A DNA stretch of 64,000 nt from Candidatus Latescibacterota bacterium. GTDB taxonomy: Bacteria; Krumholzibacteriota; Krumholzibacteriia; WVZY01; JAKEHA01. A model generated the notes under the pieces. That model did no database searches. It was not told where the DNA came from and worked only from the letters and a program-made list of their open reading frames with translations. Shown one piece after another: positions 10,107 through 19,635 of the stretch. Both the position numbers and the translations under genes were made by a program. Where the stretch lies: NCBI GenBank assembly GCA_963707635.1, contig OY970173.1, positions 32,001 through 96,000 on the forward strand, given 5' to 3'. Within the stretch, counting starts at the first letter, position 1. Each line of letters begins with the position of its first letter.

Positions 10107-11114
10107 TCAATTGCGACTGACGTCCAACCCGAGCTTCGACAGCTCTTCTCCCGCGATCTTCGCGCTCACCGGGTAGTAGCCGTCCTTGATCACGCTCGCC
10201 TGTCCGTCCTGGCTGAAGACGAAGCGGAGGAATTCGCGCCGCAACGGATCGAGCTCCGTGCCCGGCTTCTGGTTCACGTAGATGTAGAGGTAGCGGGCGA
10301 GCGGGTACGTGCCCGTGTACGCGAATTGCGGCGTGGCGGCGACGGCTTCCCCGTCGGCGGTCGCCTTGACCGGCACTGCTCTCACGTCGGCGGTCATATA
10401 GCCGATACCGCTGTAGCCGACGCCGTAGCGATCGCTGGCCACACCCTGGACCACGGACGAGCTGCCGGGCTGCTCCTTGACCGAGTCTTTGTAGTCACCC
10501 TTGAAGAGGGCGTGTTCCTTGAAGTAGCCGTAGGTCCCCGACGCGGAGTTGCGGCCATAGAGACTGATGGGCTTGTCGGCCCATTCTCCCGTCAAGCCGA
10601 GCTGTCCCCAGGTGGTGATGTCTTCTTTGGACCCACCCTTGCGGGTCTTCGAGAAGATGGCGTCGATCTGCTGCAACGAGAGCGACGCGATCGGGTTGTC
10701 CTTGTGCACATACACGGCGAGCATGTCGATCGACGTGCGCAGCCCGAGCGGCTTGTACCCGTACTTGGCCTCGAACTGGTCGATCTCTTCGTTCTTCATC
10801 GTGCGGCTCATGGGGCCGAAGGTGGCGGTGCCCTCGATGAGCGCCGGAGGTGCGGTCGACGATCCCTTGCCCTCGATCTCGACCTGCACGTTGGGGTAGT
10901 GCTTGCGGAAGTCCTCCGCCCACAGCGTCATCAGATTGTTCATCGTGTCCGAGCCCACACTCTTGATGGTGCCCGACACGCCGGAGCTCGGTTTGTACGG
11001 CGGAATCTGTTCGCCGACCTGGACGCCGGCTGCCAAGGCCAGGCCGGCAAGGGTCACAAGTGCCAGCGCGCCGATCGCCAGCGCAGCGGTAAGAAGCAAG
11101 GGCTTACGATTCAT
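10107..11114 (-). CDS. pstS: Phosphate ABC transporter substrate-binding protein
   Basis: Signal peptide; SVGSDTM, GKGSSTA, PMSR, GRNSASGTY, YPLARYLY. Confidence 0.96.
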   Translation of the reverse strand: MNRKPLLLTAALAIGALALVTLAGLALAAGVQVGEQIPPYKPSSGVSGTIKSVGSDTMNNLMTLWAEDFRKHYPNVQVEIEGKGSSTAPPALIEGTATFGPMSRTMKNEEIDQFEAKYGYKPLGLRTSIDMLAVYVHKDNPIASLSLQQIDAIFSKTRKGGSKEDITTWGQLGLTGEWADKPISLYGRNSASGTYGYFKEHALFKGDYKDSVKEQPGSSSVVQGVASDRYGVGYSGIGYMTADVRAVPVKATADGEAVAATPQFAYTGTYPLARYLYIYVNQKPGTELDPLRREFLRFVFSQDGQASVIKDGYYPVSAKIAGEELSKLGLDVSRN

Positions 11115-11178
11115 GTAGAGAATCCCTCCTCAAACGGGACAACTTCGCTTGATCCGAACCATTTCAAGTGCCGGGCGA

Positions 11179-11222
11179 AGGATACGGAGGGTGCGTAAAG
11201 GTACCATAAAGGGTTGCTAAAG
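11179..11222 (-). promoter_or_regulatory. Pho-box-like promoter of pstSCAB
   Basis: CTTTAG/CTTTAT/CTTTAC at 11-bp period (11217, 11206, 11195), then 10 nt, then -10 TATCCT. Confidence 0.8.
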
Positions 11223-11283
11223 ATTCGTGCCGGCCACAATCTGGGCCACAACGTGAACTCCGATAACGAATTGCGTGGGCGAG

Positions 11284-12498
11284 CTAGGGGGTCGAGCGGG
11301 CAAGTTGCTGCGCCCGTCGGATCAGCACCTGGGCGCGTTCGGCGTACTCTTCATCGGCGGCGGCGATCGCGAGATGGGACAGCGCATCCCCGACTCGATT
11401 CAGCTCGAGAGCGCAGTAGCCCATCATCAGGTGGGGACGGGTCTGCCCCGGATCCAGGCGCGACGCTTCCTCGAACGCCTGATACGCCGGGTCGAACCGG
11501 TCCTCCATCACGTGCAGGTCTCCGAGCAGCGACCACAGCCGGAAGGTCGGCTCCCGCTTGATGCCGCGCTCGAGCACGTCGAGGGCCGCGTCGGGCTGAT
11601 ACGAGGCGAGATACGCGGACGCCATGCGCTCGATCTCGCGTGGCCCCGCCGTGTCCGACAACGCGGTGGCGTAGCAGTCGGCGGCCGCCGCCGGCGCCTC
11701 GATCGCCGAGTAGAGGTCACCGAGCTGGACCTCCTCTTGAGGCGTGAGCGGGCGCAGGTAACCGGTCATGGTCAGCGCCACCGCGGCCTGGTGGTAGTCG
11801 CTGACACTCGCATAGTACTGAAAGGCGAGGTACCAGGCGTCCGCCAGGGAAGAAAACCGATCCAGCATCGACGTGACCGCGCGCTGTCCGCGCTCCTTGT
11901 CCTCCGCCTGCAGGCACGCGCTCACCAGGCCCCGAAACCACTCGAATTTGGGCTCGCCGACCTTGCCACCCGTGAGATCTTCGAGCAGCGGCAGCGCGCC
12001 GGCGGCGTCGCCCGACTGGACCCGCGCAACCGCGGCGTAGTAGAGCACGTCGGGGCGCTTCTCATCCATGCGCTGGTAGCCGGTCTGCAGCGCCTCCGCC
12101 GCTCGCTTGTAATTGCCGAGCCCGTACGCCGTCTCTCCCACTCCGATCCAACCCGGCGCGTAGCGGGGCTCGAGCGCCACCGTCCGTTCGTACTGTGCCA
12201 GCGCTTCGTCGCGACGGTCCGCCTGCAGGAGAATTCCGGCCAGCTGGTAGTGCATGAGGTAACTGTCATCCTTCTTCTCGTGGTCGCGCACGTATTTCGC
12301 GACGTCGTCCACCGCCTTGTCGATCTCCCCTTTTTCGAGGTGTTGCTGCGCGTTGAACAACGCGAGGCGCGCGTCGCGCGGGAGCGTTTCCATGGTCTGC
12401 ATGGGCGGCTGCTCCTCGGCAGAGCGCGCCGGACCCGCGGCGAGCATCGCCGCCGACGCGAAGAGCACGAGCACGACTGTATTGAGCGGGTGTTTCAT
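11284..12498 (-). CDS. Exported TPR protein (TtpD-like position in the TonB2-type operon)
   Basis: Signal peptide and multiple TPR-like helical repeats; last gene of the TonB operon. Confidence 0.8.
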   Translation of the reverse strand: MKHPLNTVVLVLFASAAMLAAGPARSAEEQPPMQTMETLPRDARLALFNAQQHLEKGEIDKAVDDVAKYVRDHEKKDDSYLMHYQLAGILLQADRRDEALAQYERTVALEPRYAPGWIGVGETAYGLGNYKRAAEALQTGYQRMDEKRPDVLYYAAVARVQSGDAAGALPLLEDLTGGKVGEPKFEWFRGLVSACLQAEDKERGQRAVTSMLDRFSSLADAWYLAFQYYASVSDYHQAAVALTMTGYLRPLTPQEEVQLGDLYSAIEAPAAAADCYATALSDTAGPREIERMASAYLASYQPDAALDVLERGIKREPTFRLWSLLGDLHVMEDRFDPAYQAFEEASRLDPGQTRPHLMMGYCALELNRVGDALSHLAIAAADEEYAERAQVLIRRAQQLARSTP

Positions 12499-12499
12499 C

Positions 12500-13132
12500 T
12501 CAGTTCAACTTGAAGTGAAGGGCGGTGACCACCCACGATGCGACCTTCTTGCCCTGGATGACGCCCGGCTCGAACTTCCAATTGGGGACGGAGGCGAGGA
12601 CCGCCTCTTCGAAGGTGTCCTTGGGACGCGCGTCGATGATGAGCACTTCGCCCACGGTTCCATCCTCGCGCACCAGGATTTTCACCTGCACGACTCCCTC
12701 GACGCCCTGCTCGCGGGCCCGAAACGGGTACATCGGCGCGGTCTTCACGATCGCGCGCGCCGGCGTGTCGAGCTCAAACGTCTCCCACACCAATTCCTGC
12801 TTCAAGTCGGAGTTGGCGCCGCCGGAGAGGTCGATCGCGATGGCGCCCTCCCCACCGAGACCCCCGAGGTCGCCGCCGAAATCGGGTTGGAACAGGTCGG
12901 GGCCGAGATCGGGCTTGGCCTCTTCGCGCCTGGGCGGTTCCGGCTCGAGCGCCTTCTCTTCCGCCGGCGGCGCTTCCTGGGGGGCGCTCAGCACCACCAG
13001 CTGTGTCGGCGCTGTAATGTCCTGCTTCTTGCTCTCCGCCTCACTGGATAGCAGAACCGCGGCGGTAAGCAGCAGCGTGTTCGCGGCCAGGGCGAACGCA
13101 AACGCCGGGGGCAACCACTTCGGAAGCCGCAC
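12500..13132 (-). CDS. tonB: Energy transducer TonB
   Basis: N-terminal TM, Pro/Glu-rich linker, C-domain PMYPFRAREQGVEGVV...WKFEP. Confidence 0.92.
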   Translation of the reverse strand: MRLPKWLPPAFAFALAANTLLLTAAVLLSSEAESKKQDITAPTQLVVLSAPQEAPPAEEKALEPEPPRREEAKPDLGPDLFQPDFGGDLGGLGGEGAIAIDLSGGANSDLKQELVWETFELDTPARAIVKTAPMYPFRAREQGVEGVVQVKILVREDGTVGEVLIIDARPKDTFEEAVLASVPNWKFEPGVIQGKKVASWVVTALHFKLN

Positions 13133-13135
13133 GGT

Positions 13136-13552
13136 CTACGACTCCCACTCCCGCCGCGCGGCGAGGCTTACATTCTTCGCACCCGCGAGCCGGCACTGGT
13201 CCATCAGACGGACGACGTCGCTGGTCTTGCTGTCCTTGTCTGCGATCACCACCACGCCCGCCTTGGGGTCTTCAGCCAGCGCACGCTCGATGAGGCCGCG
13301 CACACGGCGCACGTCGACGCGCTTGCCATCGATGTAGATTTCCCCGTCGGCGGAAAGACCGATCATCATACTGCCGTGATCCTTGACCTCGGCGGTGGCG
13401 GCGGTGGAACGCTGCACGTCGACACCCGTCTCTTTCACGAACGAGGTGGTGGCCACGAAGAAGATCAGCAGCACCATCATGACGTCGACCAGGTTGATGA
13501 CGTCGATGTGGAACTGTTCATTCCCGCGTATGGTCCTGCGAACGTTGATCAT
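13136..13552 (-). CDS. exbD: Biopolymer transport protein ExbD
   Basis: NLVDVMMVLLIFFV TM with conserved Asp; IADKDS...VRLMD. Confidence 0.93.
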   Translation of the reverse strand: MINVRRTIRGNEQFHIDVINLVDVMMVLLIFFVATTSFVKETGVDVQRSTAATAEVKDHGSMMIGLSADGEIYIDGKRVDVRRVRGLIERALAEDPKAGVVVIADKDSKTSDVVRLMDQCRLAGAKNVSLAARREWES

Positions 13553-13570
13553 CGAGATTCCTTTCTGCGG

Positions 13571-14164
13571 TCAGCGAAGATGATGCTCGAGCAGCAGCGT
13601 GGTCTGGTCGAGCCGATGCACGATCTTGCTGGCGCGGCGCCCCAGCGCGACGCTCATCAGGAGCCCGGGGATCGCGACCAGGAGCCCGGCCTCGGTCGCC
13701 ACCAGCGCCTCGGAGATTCCCCCCGCCAGCGGTCGCGCGTTGCCGGTGCCCACTTCCGCGATCACCGTGAAGGTCGTGATCATCCCGCTCACGGTCCCCA
13801 GCAGTCCCAGCAGCGGGGCGATCGAACCCAGCACGGCGATCACGGCGAGGTTGCGCTCGATCATCGGCCGCAAGGTCATGGCACTCTCCCGCAGGATGCG
13901 CTTGTCCAGCGCCGCGTCGCCCGTGCGCTTGCGCACGAAGTTGCGCACCAGCGTGGCGCGGATTCCATCGCCGAAGTGGTTCACGGGCGCGCCCTCCACC
14001 GCGTGCAGCGCGTCCTGGATTTCCAGGTCACGGTTGGTCAGGCGGCGAAAGGTCATCAGTCGCTCGCCGATCAAGGTCCACATCAGGAGCGAGGTGGACG
14101 CGACCGGGATCATCACCCAGCCGCCCGTCTTCACGAATTCAAGCAGTCGCCACCCGAGATCCAC
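13571..14164 (-). CDS. exbB: MotA/TolQ/ExbB proton channel protein
   Basis: APLLGLLGTVSGMI and GISEALVATEAGL. Confidence 0.92.
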   Translation of the reverse strand: MDLGWRLLEFVKTGGWVMIPVASTSLLMWTLIGERLMTFRRLTNRDLEIQDALHAVEGAPVNHFGDGIRATLVRNFVRKRTGDAALDKRILRESAMTLRPMIERNLAVIAVLGSIAPLLGLLGTVSGMITTFTVIAEVGTGNARPLAGGISEALVATEAGLLVAIPGLLMSVALGRRASKIVHRLDQTTLLLEHHLR

Positions 14165-15548
14165 GACGCTGCTCCTTTTGAATGGTGTTGCTCAACGCGA
14201 CCGCCTTCTCTTCCATATCGCTCACGACATTGCTCACGCGCCGCGCGAGCAAAGTGTGAATCAGCATGGTCGGGACGGCGACGCACAGGCCCCACTTGGT
14301 CGCGATCAGGGCCTCGCTGATGCCGCTCGACATGAGCTTGGGGTCGCCGGTGCCGTAGAGCGTGATGACTTTGAAGGTGGTGATCATGCCCGTCACCGTT
14401 CCCAGCAGACCCAAAAGCGGCGCGATCGCGCCGAGGACCGCCATCACCGAGATCCCTCTCTCGAGGCGCGGCATTTCCTTCAAGATCGACTCCTGCAGGA
14501 CGCTCTCGAGCGTTTCGCGGTCGTCCCGGCGCGCGCCGATGCCGGCGCGCAGCACATTCACGACCGGCCAGTTGTGGGTCTTGTGCGAGCTCATCATCTC
14601 GTCGACGCCGGCCCAGTCGCCTTTCTCCGCCAGCGTGTTGACCCCCCCCATGATCACCGTCGTATCGCCGTGCACGCGCCGGAGATAGACGAGCTTGTAG
14701 GCGGTAAAGAAGATCACCACCAGGCCGACCAGGGCGATCGGAAACATGATGGGTCCCCCGCCGCGGAACTCATCGATCATGCTCAGGTGCTTCCCGACTT
14801 TAATGAGCGACTCGCCACTCGCGGGATCGAACGGCACGATGTCCGACTTGCCGTCGAAGTACTTCTTCATCGCCTTCGCCATCTTCCTGGGCGGCGGCGT
14901 GGTCAGCGCGAACAGCTTGCCGTTCGAGTAGGTCAGAAACCCGGTCTCTTTCCCCTCCCGGTACATGGCGGTGAATTTCCCCAGCGTGAGCAGGTCGCCT
15001 CTGTGGTTTTCGCCGTCGAGACCGACGTAGGCGCCCGGCTGGAGCACGACCTGACCCGAGCGCTTCATCTCGTCGAGCAGGATCGTGATCATTCCGCTGA
15101 TGTCGTCGATGTCCGCGAAGTACCCCTCCGACAGGATGGGCTCGATCTTCTCCAGCCGCTCCGGGTACAGCGCGGTGAGCTGCGACTGGTTCAGGAGCGC
15201 CTCGATGTCCTTGGCCGTGATCCGCACGTTGCCCGAGATCTCGCGGAACTCGACTTCCCGGGTCGTCCACTTGTCGTTGAGCACCTCGTGACGCGCGCGG
15301 CCGGTCTCCTTGCGCTGCAGCAGCGACTTGATGTCGACTTCGAGCTGCTTCTTCTGCGCCTCGAGTCCCTCGACCTGCGCCAGGAGCGCCGCGCGGTCGT
15401 TCATGATCTTGGATTCGACCTCCGCTGCCCGCTGCAGCGCGGCCTGCTGCTCGGCTTCCGCCTTGCGCGCCGCCTCGCGCATGTCCTGCGCGGCGGCGGT
15501 CATGGGAATCGTCAGTGCGAGCGCGACGGCCACCAACAGTTTCTTCAT
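14139..15548 (-). CDS. Long ExbB-family protein with periplasmic coiled-coil N-terminus (TtpC-like)
   Basis: Signal peptide MKKLLVAVAL, coiled coil, C-terminal APLLGLLGTVTGMI...GDPKLMSSGISEAL; ATG overlaps the upstream stop. Confidence 0.88.
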   Translation of the reverse strand: MKKLLVAVALALTIPMTAAAQDMREAARKAEAEQQAALQRAAEVESKIMNDRAALLAQVEGLEAQKKQLEVDIKSLLQRKETGRARHEVLNDKWTTREVEFREISGNVRITAKDIEALLNQSQLTALYPERLEKIEPILSEGYFADIDDISGMITILLDEMKRSGQVVLQPGAYVGLDGENHRGDLLTLGKFTAMYREGKETGFLTYSNGKLFALTTPPPRKMAKAMKKYFDGKSDIVPFDPASGESLIKVGKHLSMIDEFRGGGPIMFPIALVGLVVIFFTAYKLVYLRRVHGDTTVIMGGVNTLAEKGDWAGVDEMMSSHKTHNWPVVNVLRAGIGARRDDRETLESVLQESILKEMPRLERGISVMAVLGAIAPLLGLLGTVTGMITTFKVITLYGTGDPKLMSSGISEALIATKWGLCVAVPTMLIHTLLARRVSNVVSDMEEKAVALSNTIQKEQRRGSRVATA

Positions 15549-16321
15549 GGCTCGATCCTCCCCAGCGGCAGCAGAACGACTTCGGTGGAACGAAGCCGCA
15601 AGGCCATTTCGCGCGTCTCGTTGATGACCCGCACGTACTGCTCGCCCAGCGGGACCCACTGGTGTTGCGCGCGGTCGTACTCGCCGACCCGCTTGCCGTC
15701 GGGCGTGCGCCAGAAGACCGACAGGCGGCCGACCCGGACCATGTCGGCGTACACTTCCTCGTCGCCCACCGTGATCTTCTCCTGGTACACCTCCACCAGG
15801 TTTCCGTAGTTCGCCTCCACCTGGAGCGCCTCCAGCACGCGGCGGAGCTTTTCGGCGCCGGTGACGCCCGGTTTCGCGATCACTTCCTTGACGGAGGCGA
15901 TGCGCGCGTTCCGTTCTTCCATCAGGAACGGCAGGTCTTCGGCCACGAAGGCCTCCAGGCGTTCGACCACGGTCTGCAGAGTGTCCTCGAGCGAATCGTT
16001 GAGGCGCACCGACTCGACCATGCGCCGCTCCAGTTCCGCGATGCTCTGGTCGAGAGTCTGCACGTCCTCTTCCTCGATCGCCTTGCGCTTCTCGAGGTAG
16101 TCGACGTTCGCCTTCGCGGCCCGATAGCGAGCGGTGAGCTCCGTCTGCTCGCGGGCCCAGTCGTTCTGCTTCTTCTGAATGTCCTGATGCGTTCTCAATG
16201 TCTTGTCGACCGTTTCGCTGACCTGCTTCGCGTCCTGCGCTAGCGGCGCGGAAACGGAGATCGTGAGGACGATCACCGGCGCGAACGCGAAGAGCGCCGC
16301 GGTCCATTTCCTCATGGCCAT
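15545..16321 (-). CDS. DUF3450-family periplasmic protein (TtpB-like)
   Basis: Signal peptide, coiled coil, DLPFL..ER, AEKLRRVLEALQVEANYG, VRVGRL; AGGAG RBS. Confidence 0.85.
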   Translation of the reverse strand: MAMRKWTAALFAFAPVIVLTISVSAPLAQDAKQVSETVDKTLRTHQDIQKKQNDWAREQTELTARYRAAKANVDYLEKRKAIEEEDVQTLDQSIAELERRMVESVRLNDSLEDTLQTVVERLEAFVAEDLPFLMEERNARIASVKEVIAKPGVTGAEKLRRVLEALQVEANYGNLVEVYQEKITVGDEEVYADMVRVGRLSVFWRTPDGKRVGEYDRAQHQWVPLGEQYVRVINETREMALRLRSTEVVLLPLGRIEP

Positions 16322-16423
16322 GTTTCTCCTGTCGTGCGTACGAGGCAATCGATCGGTGGATTCGGCCGCACGGCCGCCCCACGGGGATGTGGAGCGTCGT
16401 AAGACCGAACCAGGGTCACGGTC

Positions 16424-16539
16424 AGATTAGGTTCGCGGGATAAAAACTCTATAAACGACTCGTGAATCCCCGGTGAAAGGACTCCCACGCCCATTTTTCA
16501 TTAGCGCTTCACGGCGGGTTCACACGCGCTCCCTACACT
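16424..16539. promoter_or_regulatory. Back-to-back Pho-box-like promoters (TonB operon on minus strand, receptor on plus strand)
   Basis: Minus: TTTCAC/ATTCAC/GTTTAT/TTTTAT (16473, 16462, 16451, 16440), 10 nt, TAATCT. Plus: TTTCAT/CTTCAC/GTTCAC (16496, 16507, 16518), 10 nt, TACACT. Confidence 0.8.
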
Positions 16540-16649
16540 TCCGGCGTCGTGCGTGGTGAAACCGGTTCACCGCATACGCACGCCGCGCTCGACACACCGT
16601 GGTTCGGCGGTGCCGGGCGGGACGATCAGGAGACACTTTTAGGAGGGAC

Positions 16650-19397
16650 ATGCCGTTGAAAGGGACCGCGAGGGGCATCGTGATCTCGTTCGTCCTCATG
16701 CTGGCCGCGGGTGCGGCGCGCGCGGGGACGATCGAGGGAACGGTCAAGGACAGCAAGACGGGAGAGGCGTTGATCGGTGCCGGCATCAAAGTGGTGGGGG
16801 CCAATCTCGGCGGCAGCACGGACCTGGACGGCAAGTTCTCGATCCGCAACGTGCCGGCGGGGACGTATTCGCTGCGCGTCCTCTACACCGGCTACACCCA
16901 GAAAATCATGACCGGGATCATCGTGCTCTCCGACGGCGTCACCCCGGCCGCCATCACCCTGGAGTCGGTCGCACAGGATCAGGGCGACGCTATGCGCATG
17001 GAAGACATCTACGTTACTGCCGAGCGCGTGACCAACACCAACGCTGCCATCCTCACCGAGCGTCTGCGCTCGGCGGTAATCGGAGACGGCATCAGCGCGG
17101 AGCAGATTCGGCTCTCCCCCGACGGTACCTCGAGCGACGCGCTCAAGCGCGTCACCGGTCTCTCGATCGTCGACGACAAATTCGTGTTCGTGCGCGGTGT
17201 CACCGACCGCTACAACTCCACCACCCTGAACGGGGTGTCGGTCACCGGCACCGATACCGATGCAGACAAGAAGAGCTTCTCGTTCGACCTGGTGCCGGCC
17301 TCGCTCATTTCGAACACCGTGGTCGCGAAGACCGCGACGCCGGACCTGCAGGGGGATTTCAGCGGTGGCCTCGTGCAGGTGAACACCCTCGATCTTCCGT
17401 CCGACTTCCTGCTCGCCGTCACCGCCGAAATGGGCCACGACGGCGTGAGCTCGCGCAAGGACGTCGTCGCGGATGCCGGCGGAAGCGACGACTGGAAGGC
17501 CAAGGACGACGGCTCGCGCGCGCTGCCCCAGGGGCTGGAGGGCGTCGAGCTGGCGAAGGCGCTCCCCAATACGTGGGGCACCTCCGACGACATCTCGCAC
17601 CGAAACGGCACCTACGGCGTTGCCCTCGGGGACCGCTACTCGCTCGGGGGCGGCGACATCGGTTTCATCGCCTCGGGGACGTACAAGCACGGCTTCAAGC
17701 TCGAGGATTATCAGCAGGCGCCCCTGGGGGGCGGAGAGGGCGGAGCCTACCCGCTCTTCTGGTTCGACGGAACCCGCTACCGGGAACGCGTGCTCATGGG
17801 CGCGCTCCTGAACGTGAGCTACCAGCCCACGCCGCTACACCGGATCAGTTTCGAGAACAACTACTCGCGCAGCGCCGAGGACAAGGTCACGCAGTCGGTG
17901 GGGTTCTTCGAGAGCTCCGGCGACACCAACCGCTTCCAGGTCATCGAATGGGATCAGCGCGATCTGTACCTGGGCCAGCTCGCCGGCGACCACCAGTTTC
18001 CCGTCGCGCGCGGCCTGAGGATCAACTGGCACGTCGCCTTCTCGGACTCCAAGGCGCAGGAACCGGATCGCAAGTACGCCGACTACGAGCGCGAGCCGCG
18101 CGGGAATTATCTGCTGAAGGAAAACTACCGCAGCTGGTCCGAGCTGGATGAAAACACGACCGTCTGGAACGTAGACGTCGAACTCCCGATCCGCGAAGGA
18201 AGGGTGAAGACCGGTTTCCTGCACTCGAGGCGCGAGCGGTCATTCGACATCGAAGCGTGGGTCACCGACACGTCGAAGCTCGACCGCCAGCACCGCGCCC
18301 TCGTCCTCGAACCAATCGGCGAGATATTCGACGCGGCCAACTACGGCCCGGGGATGTTCGGCTTCGTCCCGTACTCGCCGTTCACCGGCGTATACGACGG
18401 TTCCCACGACCTGAACGCGTATTACGGGATGGTTGACACGCCGTTTCACGTGGCCGGCGGCGCCTTCCGTTTTGCCGGTGGCGTCCGCGTCGAGGCCTCC
18501 AATCAGGTTGTCACCTCTCCCATCGCGGCCGACGACCCGACATTACAGACCGCGCAGATCGACGAAAGCGATCCGCTGCCGTCCGCGAATCTCACCTACC
18601 AGGTCACGAGCACCTCGAATCTCCGTCTGGGCTACTACAAGTCGGTGAACCGCCCGGAATTCCGCGAGCTGGCCAACGTCAGCTATCTCGACTTCGACGC
18701 CAACCAGATCGTGGTCGGCAACCCCAATCTCGATCGCGCGACGATCGACAACTTCGACGTCCGCGCCGAGTGGTTTCCACGCATCGGCGAGGTTCTCGCC
18801 GTGAGCTATTTCAACAAGCAGCTGACCGACGCCATCGAGGAGGAGCTGATTCCCGCGCCGGACCGGTACGTGCGCACGTGGTTCAATTCTCCCACGGGGA
18901 AGAACGTCGGCTTCGAGGTCGAGGCCCGCAAGAGCCTCGGATTCGCGTGGGGCCAGCTCGAGAACCTGGTGGTCCAGGGAAACTACACGCGCGTCGAATC
19001 CGAAGTCGAGTACACGGCGACGCACACGGACCCGCAGGGGAATGCAATCTTCGAGACCAAGACGCGCACCTTGCAGGGACAGGCGCCCTACACCATCAAC
19101 GCCGGGCTGGTCTATTCGATCCCCGATATCGGGTTGTCGTCGAGCCTTCTCTACAACCGGTTCGGCCGGCGGCTGGACGCGGTGGGCGACACCCGCGACG
19201 AGGACATCTTCGAGGAGCCCCGCGACGTGTTCGACCTGGCGCTCACCGAGCAGTTCACCGCGTGGATGCGGCTCAAGTTCACGATCCGGGACATCGCGGC
19301 GGACGACGTGGTCTACACGCTCGGAGACACCGAGTCCGCATGGGAGAGCATCAAGGTCGGGACGACGTATGCAATTTCTCTCTCTTTCAATCTATAG
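16650..19397 (+). CDS. TonB-dependent receptor with N-terminal carboxypeptidase-regulatory-like domain
   Basis: Signal peptide; GTIEGTVKD..TGE.LIGA domain; plug ALKRVTGLSIVDDKFVFVRG..DRY; barrel motifs RPEFREL, GNPNL; AGGAGG RBS. Confidence 0.93.
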   Translation: MPLKGTARGIVISFVLMLAAGAARAGTIEGTVKDSKTGEALIGAGIKVVGANLGGSTDLDGKFSIRNVPAGTYSLRVLYTGYTQKIMTGIIVLSDGVTPAAITLESVAQDQGDAMRMEDIYVTAERVTNTNAAILTERLRSAVIGDGISAEQIRLSPDGTSSDALKRVTGLSIVDDKFVFVRGVTDRYNSTTLNGVSVTGTDTDADKKSFSFDLVPASLISNTVVAKTATPDLQGDFSGGLVQVNTLDLPSDFLLAVTAEMGHDGVSSRKDVVADAGGSDDWKAKDDGSRALPQGLEGVELAKALPNTWGTSDDISHRNGTYGVALGDRYSLGGGDIGFIASGTYKHGFKLEDYQQAPLGGGEGGAYPLFWFDGTRYRERVLMGALLNVSYQPTPLHRISFENNYSRSAEDKVTQSVGFFESSGDTNRFQVIEWDQRDLYLGQLAGDHQFPVARGLRINWHVAFSDSKAQEPDRKYADYEREPRGNYLLKENYRSWSELDENTTVWNVDVELPIREGRVKTGFLHSRRERSFDIEAWVTDTSKLDRQHRALVLEPIGEIFDAANYGPGMFGFVPYSPFTGVYDGSHDLNAYYGMVDTPFHVAGGAFRFAGGVRVEASNQVVTSPIAADDPTLQTAQIDESDPLPSANLTYQVTSTSNLRLGYYKSVNRPEFRELANVSYLDFDANQIVVGNPNLDRATIDNFDVRAEWFPRIGEVLAVSYFNKQLTDAIEEELIPAPDRYVRTWFNSPTGKNVGFEVEARKSLGFAWGQLENLVVQGNYTRVESEVEYTATHTDPQGNAIFETKTRTLQGQAPYTINAGLVYSIPDIGLSSSLLYNRFGRRLDAVGDTRDEDIFEEPRDVFDLALTEQFTAWMRLKFTIRDIAADDVVYTLGDTESAWESIKVGTTYAISLSFNL

Positions 19398-19467
19398 GGG
19401 TGACACCTGACTCGACCAAGTCGATTGCGAGGGAGAGAACCTGCATACCGATGTCGCGAACGCATAT

Positions 19468-19501
19468 GGCCATCCCCGGAGGGCTAGCTCCGGGGATGGC
19501 C
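19468..19501. other. Perfect 14-bp intergenic hairpin with no U-tract
   Basis: GGCCATCCCCGGAG-GGCTAG-CTCCGGGGATGGCC. Confidence 0.75.
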
Positions 19502-19635
19502 GACCCAAGAAGAAGGAGGTCACACGGCATAACGGCGAGAACCCCCCTTTCAGGGTTTCGATCAGGGTAACGGACGCTAGAAGTCGGAATCAACCAGCAA
19601 CGAAAACGCAGTTTAAATCAGGAGGATATCATCTC

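Noticed and set aside
7734..11198. Long antisense and alternative-frame ORFs (also 13599-15809, 22619-24673, 28276-30528, 33454-35949, 35997-39614, 52667-54799)
   Set aside because: Shadow ORFs of high-GC genes, with Arg/Ala/Gly-rich translations and no family motifs.
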